Assembly: GCA_044236265.1 (NCBI GenBank)
Contig: JBIIGV010000005.1
Location: 1-53,408 of the forward strand
DNA: 53,408 nucleotides
Source of the DNA: Oligoflexales bacterium
Lineage (GTDB): Bacteria; Bdellovibrionota_B; Oligoflexia; Oligoflexales; RGVZ01
Direction of reading: 5' to 3'
The notes below the pieces were generated by a model. It searched no databases. It saw only the letters and a program-made list of their open reading frames with translations, and had not been told where the DNA came from. The translations under genes and the position numbers were made by a program. This document shows, piece by piece, positions 38,901 through 50,900 of this stretch; position 1 is the first letter of the stretch; each line of letters opens with the position of its first letter.

Positions 38901-41900
38901 ATCTGCAGATATCGATCCGTACTTGGATTTGCTGTATTGTAATTAGAAGCAGTCTGCCCTACCGGCAGACAAATATTACCTGGCATCACAAGCTCACCAG
39001 ACGCAACTGTCACGTTACCATACCACCAATCCTTGATTTGCAGCCCTAGAATTGCGTCGTTAACTCCGCCCCCCTCAGAAGCTTGCGCATTTGGAATCGA
39101 GAAACCAGGGGCGAACGGACCTGGAACATCTGGCTTGTTGTGGTTTGCATAGTAGCTATTTGACTGAGCACCTTGCTGCATACTGGTGAGGAATGCAAAA
39201 TCACCTGCTTTGTCATCCGCCATACCTGTGGGATTCAATGCGTCAGGCTTGATTAACTTCATGGCAGCCTTGACCACCGTGGAATATTGAGTAATCTGAT
39301 TATGCTTGCGGTCGTGAAGAAATACTCGAACCTTGTTGCATTCACCAGCTACGATGTTGGCGTTGTTGCGGGATGCATTTGTTGGGTCATACATCACCAC
39401 TTCGGTGTGCTCAACCTGACCAGGCCTTAACTCAATATATGGCGAAGGCCAGGCGATAAGACTTGAGTTTGCTGCCGACTTCGCCACTGCATAACCTAGA
39501 CCCGTGCGATTTTGAGGAACGAAAACTGTTGTATAAAGAGTAGAATTGCGATTGCCTGCTACGGTTATCGAGCTTGATTCCGTAGCGGGATCGTAGAACT
39601 TCTTGGGTGTTGCCAGCAGTCCATCGGCTGGATTTGCGTTGGCAACAAAAAGATTGGCCTGAGGATAAGGTGTTGCTGACCACTCACCGGTCTGATCATT
39701 GAAATAAGTTGAATAAACTCGGTCATTTGAAATAAATCCATCGTAAGCAATTTGGTCTGACACAAGCGCATCGCGGACGTAATTTCCAGCCACGTCTGCA
39801 ATGGCAATAGCAAAAGGGATTTCCTGATCTGTGGTAATAGTATATCCAGCAGTCAATGACTGTGGAGTGCGAACGAGTGCTCCAGCAGTCGGTCCACCAC
39901 GCTTATCCGCGAAGAAAATGCGCTTTTCGGTACCTAGCGATGCGGGAACCAGTTTTGCCCAAGCGCCCGTGATCTCGCCGGCTGGAGTCAACTGCTCAAC
40001 TGAGATCGATGCTGACGCACGAACATCGGTCAATTTATAGGTTGAAGCGAATGTGCAAAGGCCGCTTGCAAAAGTACAGGAGACAGACCCATTTGGAAGT
40101 GTCGGCGCCAGTCCAGCCCAGCTCGGCGCAGCCGAACTTACTACATCAAACGTCTTAGCACCGACATAAGCTGGCACAATTGTGTTAGTTGCATCAAGTG
40201 CTTGCAGCTGAATCTTAAATTCCAGTCCGGCTGTTATCGGTAGTGTCAGCAACGAGTTGTCTGATGCCTTGAGGAATGCTAAACCAAATTTCACCGCAGC
40301 ACCGGAGGTGAACTGCAGCGCAGGACTTAAAGCCGCTTTTACATTGGCCATTGGTTGCTGCGTCACTGTATCAAACGGAATTGCTAATATGCGCCCCTGA
40401 CCAGCTATACCAACAGATTGCAACTTGCTGGATGTGCTGATCTTGTTAGACAGACCGCGGTTGAAACCGCAGAAAACCTCATTTTTATTCGCAGTGATAG
40501 GTTGGTTCGAACTGTCCGCGTTGGGTGTCGGACATGTTGTTCCATCATTATAACTTGATGGGTTCGCGCTACCAAGCACCGTCAATGCGGCGGTTAAGCC
40601 AGAGCTTGCCGATGTGGCGGCCGAGTTGTCGTCGTAGGAATCCCTGACACCCCAGAATTTCGCAGTCACTTCTCCGGTATAGTTTGCACCGGCATCGTAG
40701 CCAGCAGCAAAGAAGTCGTATCGTTGGTCATTGTTCAAAGCAAGATCTGATCCGGTCTTATCCCTCCAGTTTGCACCAAAGCCACCGGCTGCTTCACGAA
40801 GAATTGTCTGAGTTGTCGTACCCGGCACAATGGTCACCGTCTTAGGCGTACGCATAACAAGGTTTGCATTTGATGCCGAAACAAAGTTGATCTTCGGCTG
40901 GCTTTCTCCGGCTTGCAAATTCGGCACTTTACGAACTCGGAATGTACCGGTCGTCGTCGCCACGCCATTGGCAAACGTCAATGGAGTCGTCACATGATCG
41001 ACCATTGTCACATCACTCGCCAATGCAGTAATTCCGGTTGGTGGTTGCGGATTAAAGACGGGACCAAGCGTCAGGGATAAAGCTTGTGAACCATTGTATT
41101 CGTTACATTGGTTGTATTTAGCGTCAAATAGTGTCACGACAGCTTTAAAATCAAACGCAGCCTTCTCACTACCCACACTGGCATAGTTTTCAGAGACGGC
41201 CTCAATAACCTTGGGCGATCCAGCCTTTGCTGTCATTGTCACAGTACCTGCGAACGATTGCCTACCAGATCCATCTACATTAGGACAATTGGTAGGGCTT
41301 GCCGCACAGAATGTCATCGCCGTCTTATCCTCCAAAAGGAAGTTAAGGGTGGCAACTTCGTTTGCTTTAGCAATGCGAGTGTAGTCAGCGGACTGTGAGT
41401 TACTTAAGCTAAACTGGAGGTTCTGAGTTCCGGACAAGGTTATTGTTCTGGTCACGGGAGACGCAGCTAAATAGTCGCCACCACTTTGACCTGCCGTAAC
41501 AGGCTCTGTTCCATCTGGGGAGGTCGAGATCGCTGACGACCAGTAAATCTTCAAGTTTCGTTCAACCGGGTAATACTGATAATTACCGGTCAAGTTGTTG
41601 TATTGATCCTCAAGACGAATATCAAATCCAGAGCTCGTATCGGTGGTAATAGGTGTCGCACCGGTGCGTGTGACAACCATGTGATGGCCTGGGCCAGGAA
41701 TTCCTGTGAAATAGTAAACTGAACCAGGTTTACCTGCAGCGGTAAGCTCAGAGTTGCTCGACGTGACGGAATGATCCCCGGCGGTACGGCTCGAAGCGCT
41801 CGAATACAAATCAATGGTTCCAAAGCCACTAGCGGATCCAACGGTATATTCCGCGGACTGTAAGCTAGCGGACGACGTCACTTGGAATCCAGTTGGGTTC

Positions 41901-44900
41901 CCAGGACGCAGATAGTTGTGAGCCTCGTCATGGGTATGCCAGTATATTTTCTGGGTACCGCAAATGGACAACGGACAGGCCTGTGACACGCCCATCGCCA
42001 CTCTGTTGCTCACGCTGTTGAAGTTTGCAACCAAGTTCGGTGTCGTAACACTGGATGCAAAGGCTGGGTGCAAGTGATGAATAGTTCCACGCTTAATGAT
42101 CAATTTGTCAGACGTATGAGTATGTGGAGTGGCACCACTTATTATATTTCCCGATGGGCCTGTAAATGTCAGACCCGCACCGCGAGACGCTATCGCAGGC
42201 TGGGTACTAATAGCCTTCAAGTCAACCTGCAGATATCGCCAGTCTTGAGGGCTGCCCGAACCAAATGTATCCGTGTTTTGACCAGAGTAGAGGCACAACT
42301 GGCCAGGCACGTCGATGACTCCGCCAGAGGTCAACATCAACTTGGAGTACCAATCTTTAATTGGCAGACCGGAGCCGGACCCATCATCGTATGCGTAGCC
42401 ACCACCATCACTAGCAACAGCGCCAGGAATTACAAATGATGGACTATAAGGTCCGGGATAATCTGGTTTGTTGTGGTTGAGGTAATAATCACGAGACTGA
42501 GTGCCATCTGCCATTGCCGTGATGAAGTCAAAATCCATTGCTTTTAAGTCTGCAACACCGGATGGATTCGCATTATTTGCTTTAATGAGTTTTAAAGCGA
42601 CGATGTTTGAGCTTGGATAATTGCTCACCAAATTGTGCTTGCGGTCGTGGAGGAAAATTTTGACCTTATTACACACTCCAGCCGTAATGTTAGAATTATT
42701 TACGCTAGCATCTGACGCGTTATAAACTTTTGTCTCGACATGTTCGACAGCACCCGGCACGATTTGGAACCATGGTGAAGGCCAGCTAATCCATGCAGGA
42801 TTGTTTTGCGAACGAACCACTGCATATCCCTGTCCCACCCGGTTTTGCGGCACATAAACCGCCGTATAGATAAACGGTGTTGCCTTGAATGCTGCGGTTT
42901 CGATTATTGATGCATCTGTAGCATCTGCCGGATTGTAGAATTTCTTAGGCGTTGCCAACAATCCAGCGGCCGGTGATGAATTCGCCACAAACAGATCGTC
43001 CACTGCGTAGGAATAACCTGCCGCCCAGTTACCAATATCTTGATCGTAAATTCCCTCGAGGCTATTGCTGCTGTTGCTAAATCCTTCAAAAATCAGCTGG
43101 TCGGTCGTGATATCTGCATTGCGCAGATAGTTTCCGGCAATGTCGGTTACGGCTACTGCCAGAGCAATCTCCTCAGTAGCCTTCTTCTCACCAAATCCAG
43201 CGGGGCGTTTTGTGGCTGTTTCCACAACTGCACCGGCCGCAGGACCGCCTTTTTTACTCGCGAAGAATATGCGCGCCGCCACCGTATCTGCAACGACATC
43301 AAATATTTGATTATTCGACGACAACCCTCCCTCACCGGGCAGTACAACTGCCATGGTCGGGTCAGTGGATGCATCAGTAAAATAATAGTCATTTGGAAGT
43401 GAACATACACCCTCATTGAATGTACACGTGAAGGTTCCGTTAGGCACGCTTGCTTTGACATAGCCCCAGCTGCGCTCTGCTGCAGTTGTAAACGTCAAAC
43501 TTCGGGCACCCGAATAAGTACGAGAGTCTACCCCTGCATCATCAACAGCATGGACAAACACTTTAAATTTCTTACCTGCGGTGACGGCAGCTGGTATAGT
43601 TGTGATACCGTTCGACTCACGAAGCTCAATAACAAATCTCGTCGCAATACCTGAAAGGAAAGAAATCTCGGGAGACAGTGCCGTGCTAATCGCATTTGAA
43701 TCAGGAATTGCCAAAACGCGCCCCGTGCCAGAGATACCAGCTGACTTCAAGATTGTGCTTGCTCCTGCTTTAGTCTGCAAGCTTCTATGAGTTCCGCAAT
43801 ATAACCGGTTACCCACAGGCTGATTCGTTGGTCCAACGTCAGGCACTGGACAATCCTGTGCTGTTGAGTAAGAAGACGTCTCAGCCCGTAATAGAGTAAT
43901 CGCTTCTGTCAGTCCAGATCCAGCTGCGTTTACATCGTTGAAGGACGACTTGACACCCCAGAACTTCGACGGAACATCAGCTGTATAGTTTCCGCCAGCA
44001 TCATAACCAGCTACAAAGAAGAAATACTGCAAATCGTTTGACAACTCTTGCGGAGAGGTCAAAGACTTCCAAATTGTTCCCTTTCCACCAGCTTCCTGGC
44101 GGAGAAGTGACTGCGATGTTGGACCTGGGACAATCGTTAACTGCATTGGTTTGCGCATATTAAGTGCGCCGTCAGCATCACTAACTAACATAATCTTCGG
44201 ATGAAGCTCTGCGGGTGTTGCTGTTACATCCGGAACTTTAGAGACCACAAAAGATCCTGGGGTCGTACCCGTTCCGTTCGTGATAGTCATGCCCGTCGAT
44301 GTGTAATCCAAGGTCTTAACGATCGTGATGGAATTAGTTACGCCTACAGGGGGAGCTGGCGTATACGTGTTATCCAACTCAAGCTTAACTTTAATCGTTC
44401 CTGAGAAGCTATTGACTGGATTGTATTTGTCGTCGAATAAGCTGACAAGACCCTTAAATGGCACTGTCGCCTGCTCAACCATTACCGTGCCAACGGCGTG
44501 CTCTGGCTTGACTTCGATGACTGCGGGCACACCGTGCAGCGCGGTCAGATTCAATGTTGCACTCACCGACTGAACACCAGATCCCGCTGGCGAGGCACAT
44601 GCATTTGCCAAACCACAGATTGGCATCGTAGATGTGTCTGTTAGCTTGAACGTAATACTTACCGACTCGTCTGACTTGACAATCTTTGTGTAATCACTAG
44701 CCATTGTCGGACTCAGGATATAATCAAAGTCATTGCTACCTGTCAGTGCGACCACTCTCTTCGTAGCATTCGCCAATGTCGTACGATTCGTTCCAGCCAC
44801 ACCCATCAACGTAGGAACTGTTCCATCTGGCGAGTTGCTTGGAGATACTGATTCATTGGTCTTAGTCCAATACAATGCCAACTCGCGGTCGGCTGGGTAG

Positions 44901-47900
44901 TAATCCTTATTGCCGGTGATGTTGCCATACTGATCACGAAGCTTGACCGTAAAGCCGATTGAGTCGTCTGTCGTGAAATTTGGCTTAGCTGGGTCAACAA
45001 TACGCGCTACATCTAAAGTTTTTCCAGGACCAGGTATACCCGTAAAGTAGAGCGCACTGGCGCCAGCAGCGACCTCATTGTTGCTGACAGCGAGATTGTG
45101 TGACCCTGACATACGCGAAGGAGCATCGTAGATTTTCGTTGCGACTGAGCGAAGTGTCGTCGTTGTATTAGCTACTTGTGTAAACTGTGCGCCAGGGAGA
45201 GAGCTTGTGACATTAAATCCATTGCTCGCACCTGGACTGACATAGTTATGCGCAGCGTCATGCGTGTGCCAATAAACGGTTTGGATGCCGCAACGGCCAA
45301 TTCCTGTGTGACAAACGTTTTCAACACCAATTTTGACAGGAGCCTTTTGAGCATCGTTATAGTTTGCGACGAGATCAGGCGTCATCATATCGTTATCAGT
45401 AAATGTCGCATGCAAGTGGTGTTTTGCACCACGAAGAATCGTAAACTTATCACCATGGCTATGGGCTGTCGCAACACTGCCGCGGTCCGCATTTCCTGGA
45501 CCCTTATAGACAATGCCTGCACCACGGGACGTCAGCGCTGGGAAGTTACCGGCGGTAAATGCATTACTTGGCAGGTCAACCTGAAGAATCCGCTGAGTCG
45601 AAGGATTTGATTGCGCCTGATTGGCTGCTGTCTGGCCCGAATAGAGACAAACTGACCCAGGCATCACGATCTCACCAGCCGATGCCGCCACCTGACCAGA
45701 CCACCAGTCTTTGATCTCTAGACCCGTGAAAGCCGGATGTGTGAATATGAAGTTACCACCGGAATTTGCAGCAGCACCGACAATCTTAAACGCAGAGTTG
45801 AACGGACCTGGGATTTCCGGAGCGTTGCGTGTTTTGTAATAGTCACGAGCAGCATCATTACCCGATTGCATGGTCGACATATAAGAGAAGTCACCTGCAT
45901 ATGGATCATCCATCCCCGTTGGATTCGCCGCGTCTATTTTGAAAAGTTTCAACGCAACTTGTGTGGCACCGGTATAATCAGTTCGCAAGTTGTGCTTTTT
46001 ATCATGCACGAACACACGCACTTTGTTACATTCGCCAGCGACAACATTTCCGTTATTGCGAGAAGCGTTGTTTGGATCAAATAGGACCGTCTCAACGTGC
46101 TCGATAGCACCCGCAGTCACTGTTATCAAAGGAGATGGCCAGGTTTTGAGAGTTCCTGACTTCACAACAGCGAAACCGCTGCCTGTTCTATTTTGAGGGA
46201 CATAAACTGTATTATACGCTCCAGTGACCTTAAATGCAGCAGTTGCTATCGATGCCCCTTCGGTCGACGGATCGTAAAACTTTTTGGCCGTCGGTAAGAG
46301 ACCCGCAAGCGGGCTAGAGTTGGCAACAAAAAGATCACTCACCGTGTATGTCGTCAGCCAATCTCCGGTTGCAGCGTCGAATAGACCTGAAAGATTACTG
46401 GATGACGCACTCAAGCCCTCGTAAACCAGGTTGTCTGATGATGTCGCTTCTCTGATATAGTTACCGCCAACGTCCGTGATCGCAACGACGAACGCCTTTT
46501 CATCATCTGCAGTTAAGGCAATACCGCCTGGCGTCGTGCCTGGAGTTAAAACTTTAGCCCCTGAATTCGGGCCACCATTCTTGTCGGCAAAATAAATGCG
46601 AGCCGCGGTAGAGCCGGTCGCAGGAACCGTAGTCGAAGCTGCTGGTATCGTCGTTGTCGGACTGGTTTGGGTTACTTGGATCGTCGCATCGTTTACGAGC
46701 GGGGTCACCACCAGATTCTTAACGGTGGTTACTACGTAGCTACCAGGTAGTGTACATATACCACTCGCAAACGTACAATTCATTGACCCACTTGGTAAAG
46801 TCGGTGCTAGCTGTCCCCAACTCTGCGGGCCAGCCGAGACAACATTGAATGTCTTTTCACCAGAATAACTGATGGCGATGGTCTCCGTGCTATCACGAGC
46901 TTGAATGCGAATCTTGAATGGGGCTCCGGCAGGAATACCACTCGCATAGACGTTATCAGTTGTGGCATCACGGAATTCAAAAGTGAAATGATCAGCGACA
47001 CCGGCCTCAAAGCTCATCAAAGGAGACAGCGTGGCTTTGGCGCCGCTATTAGGAATAGCGATGATTTTACCCGGGCCAAAGTTTCCGACAGACTTGAACT
47101 GGGACATCGTGCCCGTACTTGTTAACAATCCTCGATGAATTCCACAGAAGATGGTCGTGAAAAGGGCTGCAGACTCATTAGGATCAGGGCATGTCGCCGT
47201 TGTTAAATAATTTCCTGGTGCTTTACCACTCAGCGTAGTAACCGCAGTATTGAAGCCTGACCCGACTGGGTCATTGTCATCGAGGCTTTGATTGACACCG
47301 AAGAATTTACCCTCGACATCTTGCTTAAAGTTAGCCGCGGCATCGTAGCCGGCCAAATACCAGCGGTAGTTGACGTCGTTGTTAATTGTGATCTGTCCCA
47401 AATCTTTCAGGATAGACCCCTGACCAGACCCAGCGTCACGCAAAACTGTTTGAGTGACTGGACCAGGAACGATCGTCACAGTTGTTGGATTGCGGACTGT
47501 GAGCCCTGCTGTCACGTTTCCAAGAATAATTTTTGGATGAACTTCGCTTGCACCAGAATTAGGAACTTTCAGAACCGTGAACTCTTGAGTGGTTGTACCC
47601 TGACCGGCTGCAATTGTGATCGGTGTACCCGTGTGATCAAGCTCAGAATTAGCCGTGGCAGTCACGCTAAGACCCGTTGGAGGCACTGGTGTGTAAACCT
47701 GGTCGAGCTTAATCTTCACGCTAAGCGGATCATTGTAGGTGTCTGCTAAATTGTACTTCTCGTCAAACAGGGCCACCTTAACATTAAACGGAACGGTCGC
47801 CTGTTCGATAGCGATGGTCCCATTGATCCTCTGTGGTTTCAGCTCGACCACACTCGGGGTACCGTGCTTAGCGGTCAGAGCAATCGATGACGAGACGGTC

Positions 47901-50900
47901 ATAGGTCCACCGGCAGGAGCCGAAGGACAAGCACCAGCCGTAGCGCACAAAGTCACCGGCGCGCTGTCTGTCAATTTGAAATTCAGAGTCACGGCTTCAT
48001 TAGTCTTTGCCAACTGGGTTGCGTCAGAGGCATTAGCAGCATTTAATGTGTAGTCAAACTCAACCCCTGGATCGAGACTGACTGCTTTTGAAACTGCTTT
48101 GGCAAGCCCGGCACGGTCCCCGCCCACTTGACCGAGTAACGTTGGTTTTGAACCATCTGGAGAGTTCGAGGGATTCGCTGTCCAATAGGCAGCAATCGTA
48201 CGATCGACAGGGTAGTATTCCTTGTCACCGGTAATGTTACCGTAGGTGTCGAGTAATTCCAGTTTGAAACCAATCTTCTCATCAGTGGTAAAGTTAGGAG
48301 TAGATCCACCAACGCGAGTCACTCTCAGACTAGCACCGGGTCCGGGAATACCCTTCATGTGTAAAGAGCCGGGATTAGCAGACGTCGCCGTGTTGCTTGC
48401 GGTAATCGTGTGACTACCCGCGGTGTGAGCTCCGCTTGTATTGTAATAAATTTCGGAATACGGCGATCCGCCACCATTTGTTACACTCCTGAATTCTGCC
48501 CCAGGAAGGGTGCCGGGGGACGCCGTAAAGCCCGCAGCTGAGGTTGGTCCAAAATAGTTGTGCGCAATATCGTGCGTATGCCAGTAGACCTTTTGGAGAC
48601 CGCATTTGCCGATTGAAGCAACGCATGGATCGGTCACACCAATTTTCAGAGGATTTTTTGCGGCATCATTGTGACTATCAACAAGCACCGCACTGACTGC
48701 ATTGTCCACGAACGTCGCGTGTAAGTGGTGGGCAGACGTACGTTTATAGACCGTGAATTTGTCTTGATGCAGCACATGGGCGGTAGCGGTGCTACCGACA
48801 GTGGCACCGTTCTTACCAATGAACGTAACGCCCGGTCCGCGAGATACTAGTGCCGGGAAGTTAACACTACCCATGGTGTTTGCTGGCAAATCAACTTGCA
48901 GGAATCGCTCTGCAAACGGGGCCGCGTCACCACGGTTAGCCGCAGTTTGGCCGTCGTATAAACAAACCGATCCAGGAACAGCAAATTCGCCAGAGGCAAC
49001 TGTTACATCACCCGACCACCAGTCTTTGATCGGTAGACTTGTGAAATTTGGATGCGTGAAGATAAAGTTACCACCCGAGCTCGCTACAGCATTAGGAATA
49101 TCAAACGCAGGACTGTATGGACCTGGAAGCTCTGGAGCGTTGTGAGTTGCATAGTACTCACGGGCCGCCGCGTTGCCTGCTTGCATTGCTGTGATCGCCG
49201 CAAAGTCACCGGCCTGGGCATCAGCAACACCTGGCTTCATTAACTTGAGGGCAACTTTCGTCAGACCCGAGTAATTTGTCAGGATGTTATGTTTGCGGTC
49301 GTGAATGATTACTTTAACTTTGTTACACTCGCCAGCAAGAACGTTCGAGTTGTTGCGCGTGCCATCGGTAGTACTGTAAAGAACCGTCTCCACATGCTCA
49401 ATCGCACCAGGGGTGACCGTGATTCGCGGCGATGGCCAAGAAATAAGTGAATTAGATTTTACAATAGCGTAACCGCTACCTAGACGATTCTGTGGTACGT
49501 ACACCGCATCGTACAGAGCCCCATCTTGCAACGCAGTCGTTTGGATGGCAGGCAAATCAGCAGCGTCACTCGGGTTATAGAATTTCTTAGGAGTGGGAAC
49601 AGCGCCGTTCGCCGTGGACGGGTCTGCGATAAACAAGTCACTAGCAGTGTAGGTACCGGTCCATTGACCCTGAATACTATCGAAGAGTGACGCAATGTTA
49701 GCTGTATCAGATTTATACCCTTCAATGCGGACGAAATCAGCTGCTGTTGCGGCACGGAGATAGTTACCACCAATGTCTGTCACGGCGATGGCAAAGCCCT
49801 TCTCCTCATCAGCTGTAATGGTGTATCCTGCCGGAACCGTGTCCGGTGTGAGGACGGTTGCACCATCTGCAGGAGCCCCTAGCTTACTTGCAAAATAAAT
49901 TCGAGCAGGATCACTTTTCTGAGTGAATATGTCAAAGGACCATTCCCCTGGGACACCGCCAGCCGTGGATTCTGCAACGGTGATCGTTTCCTTTTGATCA
50001 AAGTTAGCCACTTTATAACCAACACCGGCAGCCGGACCAGGAATCTCACATACACCGGCGGCAAATGTACAGGTCTTCAAACCATTTGGGAGAACAGCTT
50101 TGATTTTACCCCAGCTTGCGACTGGCGTATTTGAAAAATTGAGAACTTTGATTCCATTGTAGCTAACAGCATCAGAGTTGTTTGAATCCTTTGCATGGAC
50201 AATAATCCTAAATTGCAGACCAGCAGGAATCGGAGACGACAACGCCTCACCCGTCATCTTCTTATACTCAAGAGTGAAGTGAGTCGGCATACCCGTAAAG
50301 TCAAAGATCGGTGAGAGCGCCACTGCGATCGAACTTGTGGTAGGAATCGCAAGCAGGCGTCCTGGGCCTTTATCACCAATTGATACAAACTCAGCGGAGA
50401 CGCCTTCAAAATTTATCAAGCTTCGATGCACACCGCAGAAGAGCTGATTGCTCAGCGGTTGGTTGGTCGGGTTTGTTGCAGAGTCAGGATCAGGACACTG
50501 AGCTATCGATCCGTAATAAGACGGCCCGTTGGCATTGCCACGCAAAAATTGCGCGAACGTATTCAAAGTGGTTAGACTTGCGGTCGCGTCACTGAACGAT
50601 GGAGCGATACCCCAGAATTTTGACGGGACATCCGCATTGTAGTTACCTGCAGCGTCAAATCCAGCCACATAGAAGCGATAGTTTGTGCTTGGAGAAATAC
50701 CCAAACGATCATTAGCAGCGATGGACTTCAAGATATTACCACCATTGCTGGCAGCATTGCGCAGAACGGTTTGAGTAATTGGACCAGGTACGATCGTTAC
50801 ACGGGTAGGATTGAGCAGCGTATAACCGGCCGTCACATCTCCCAACAATATCTGTGGGTGAACTTCATTCTGAGCTGCATTCGGAACTTTCTTCACAGTG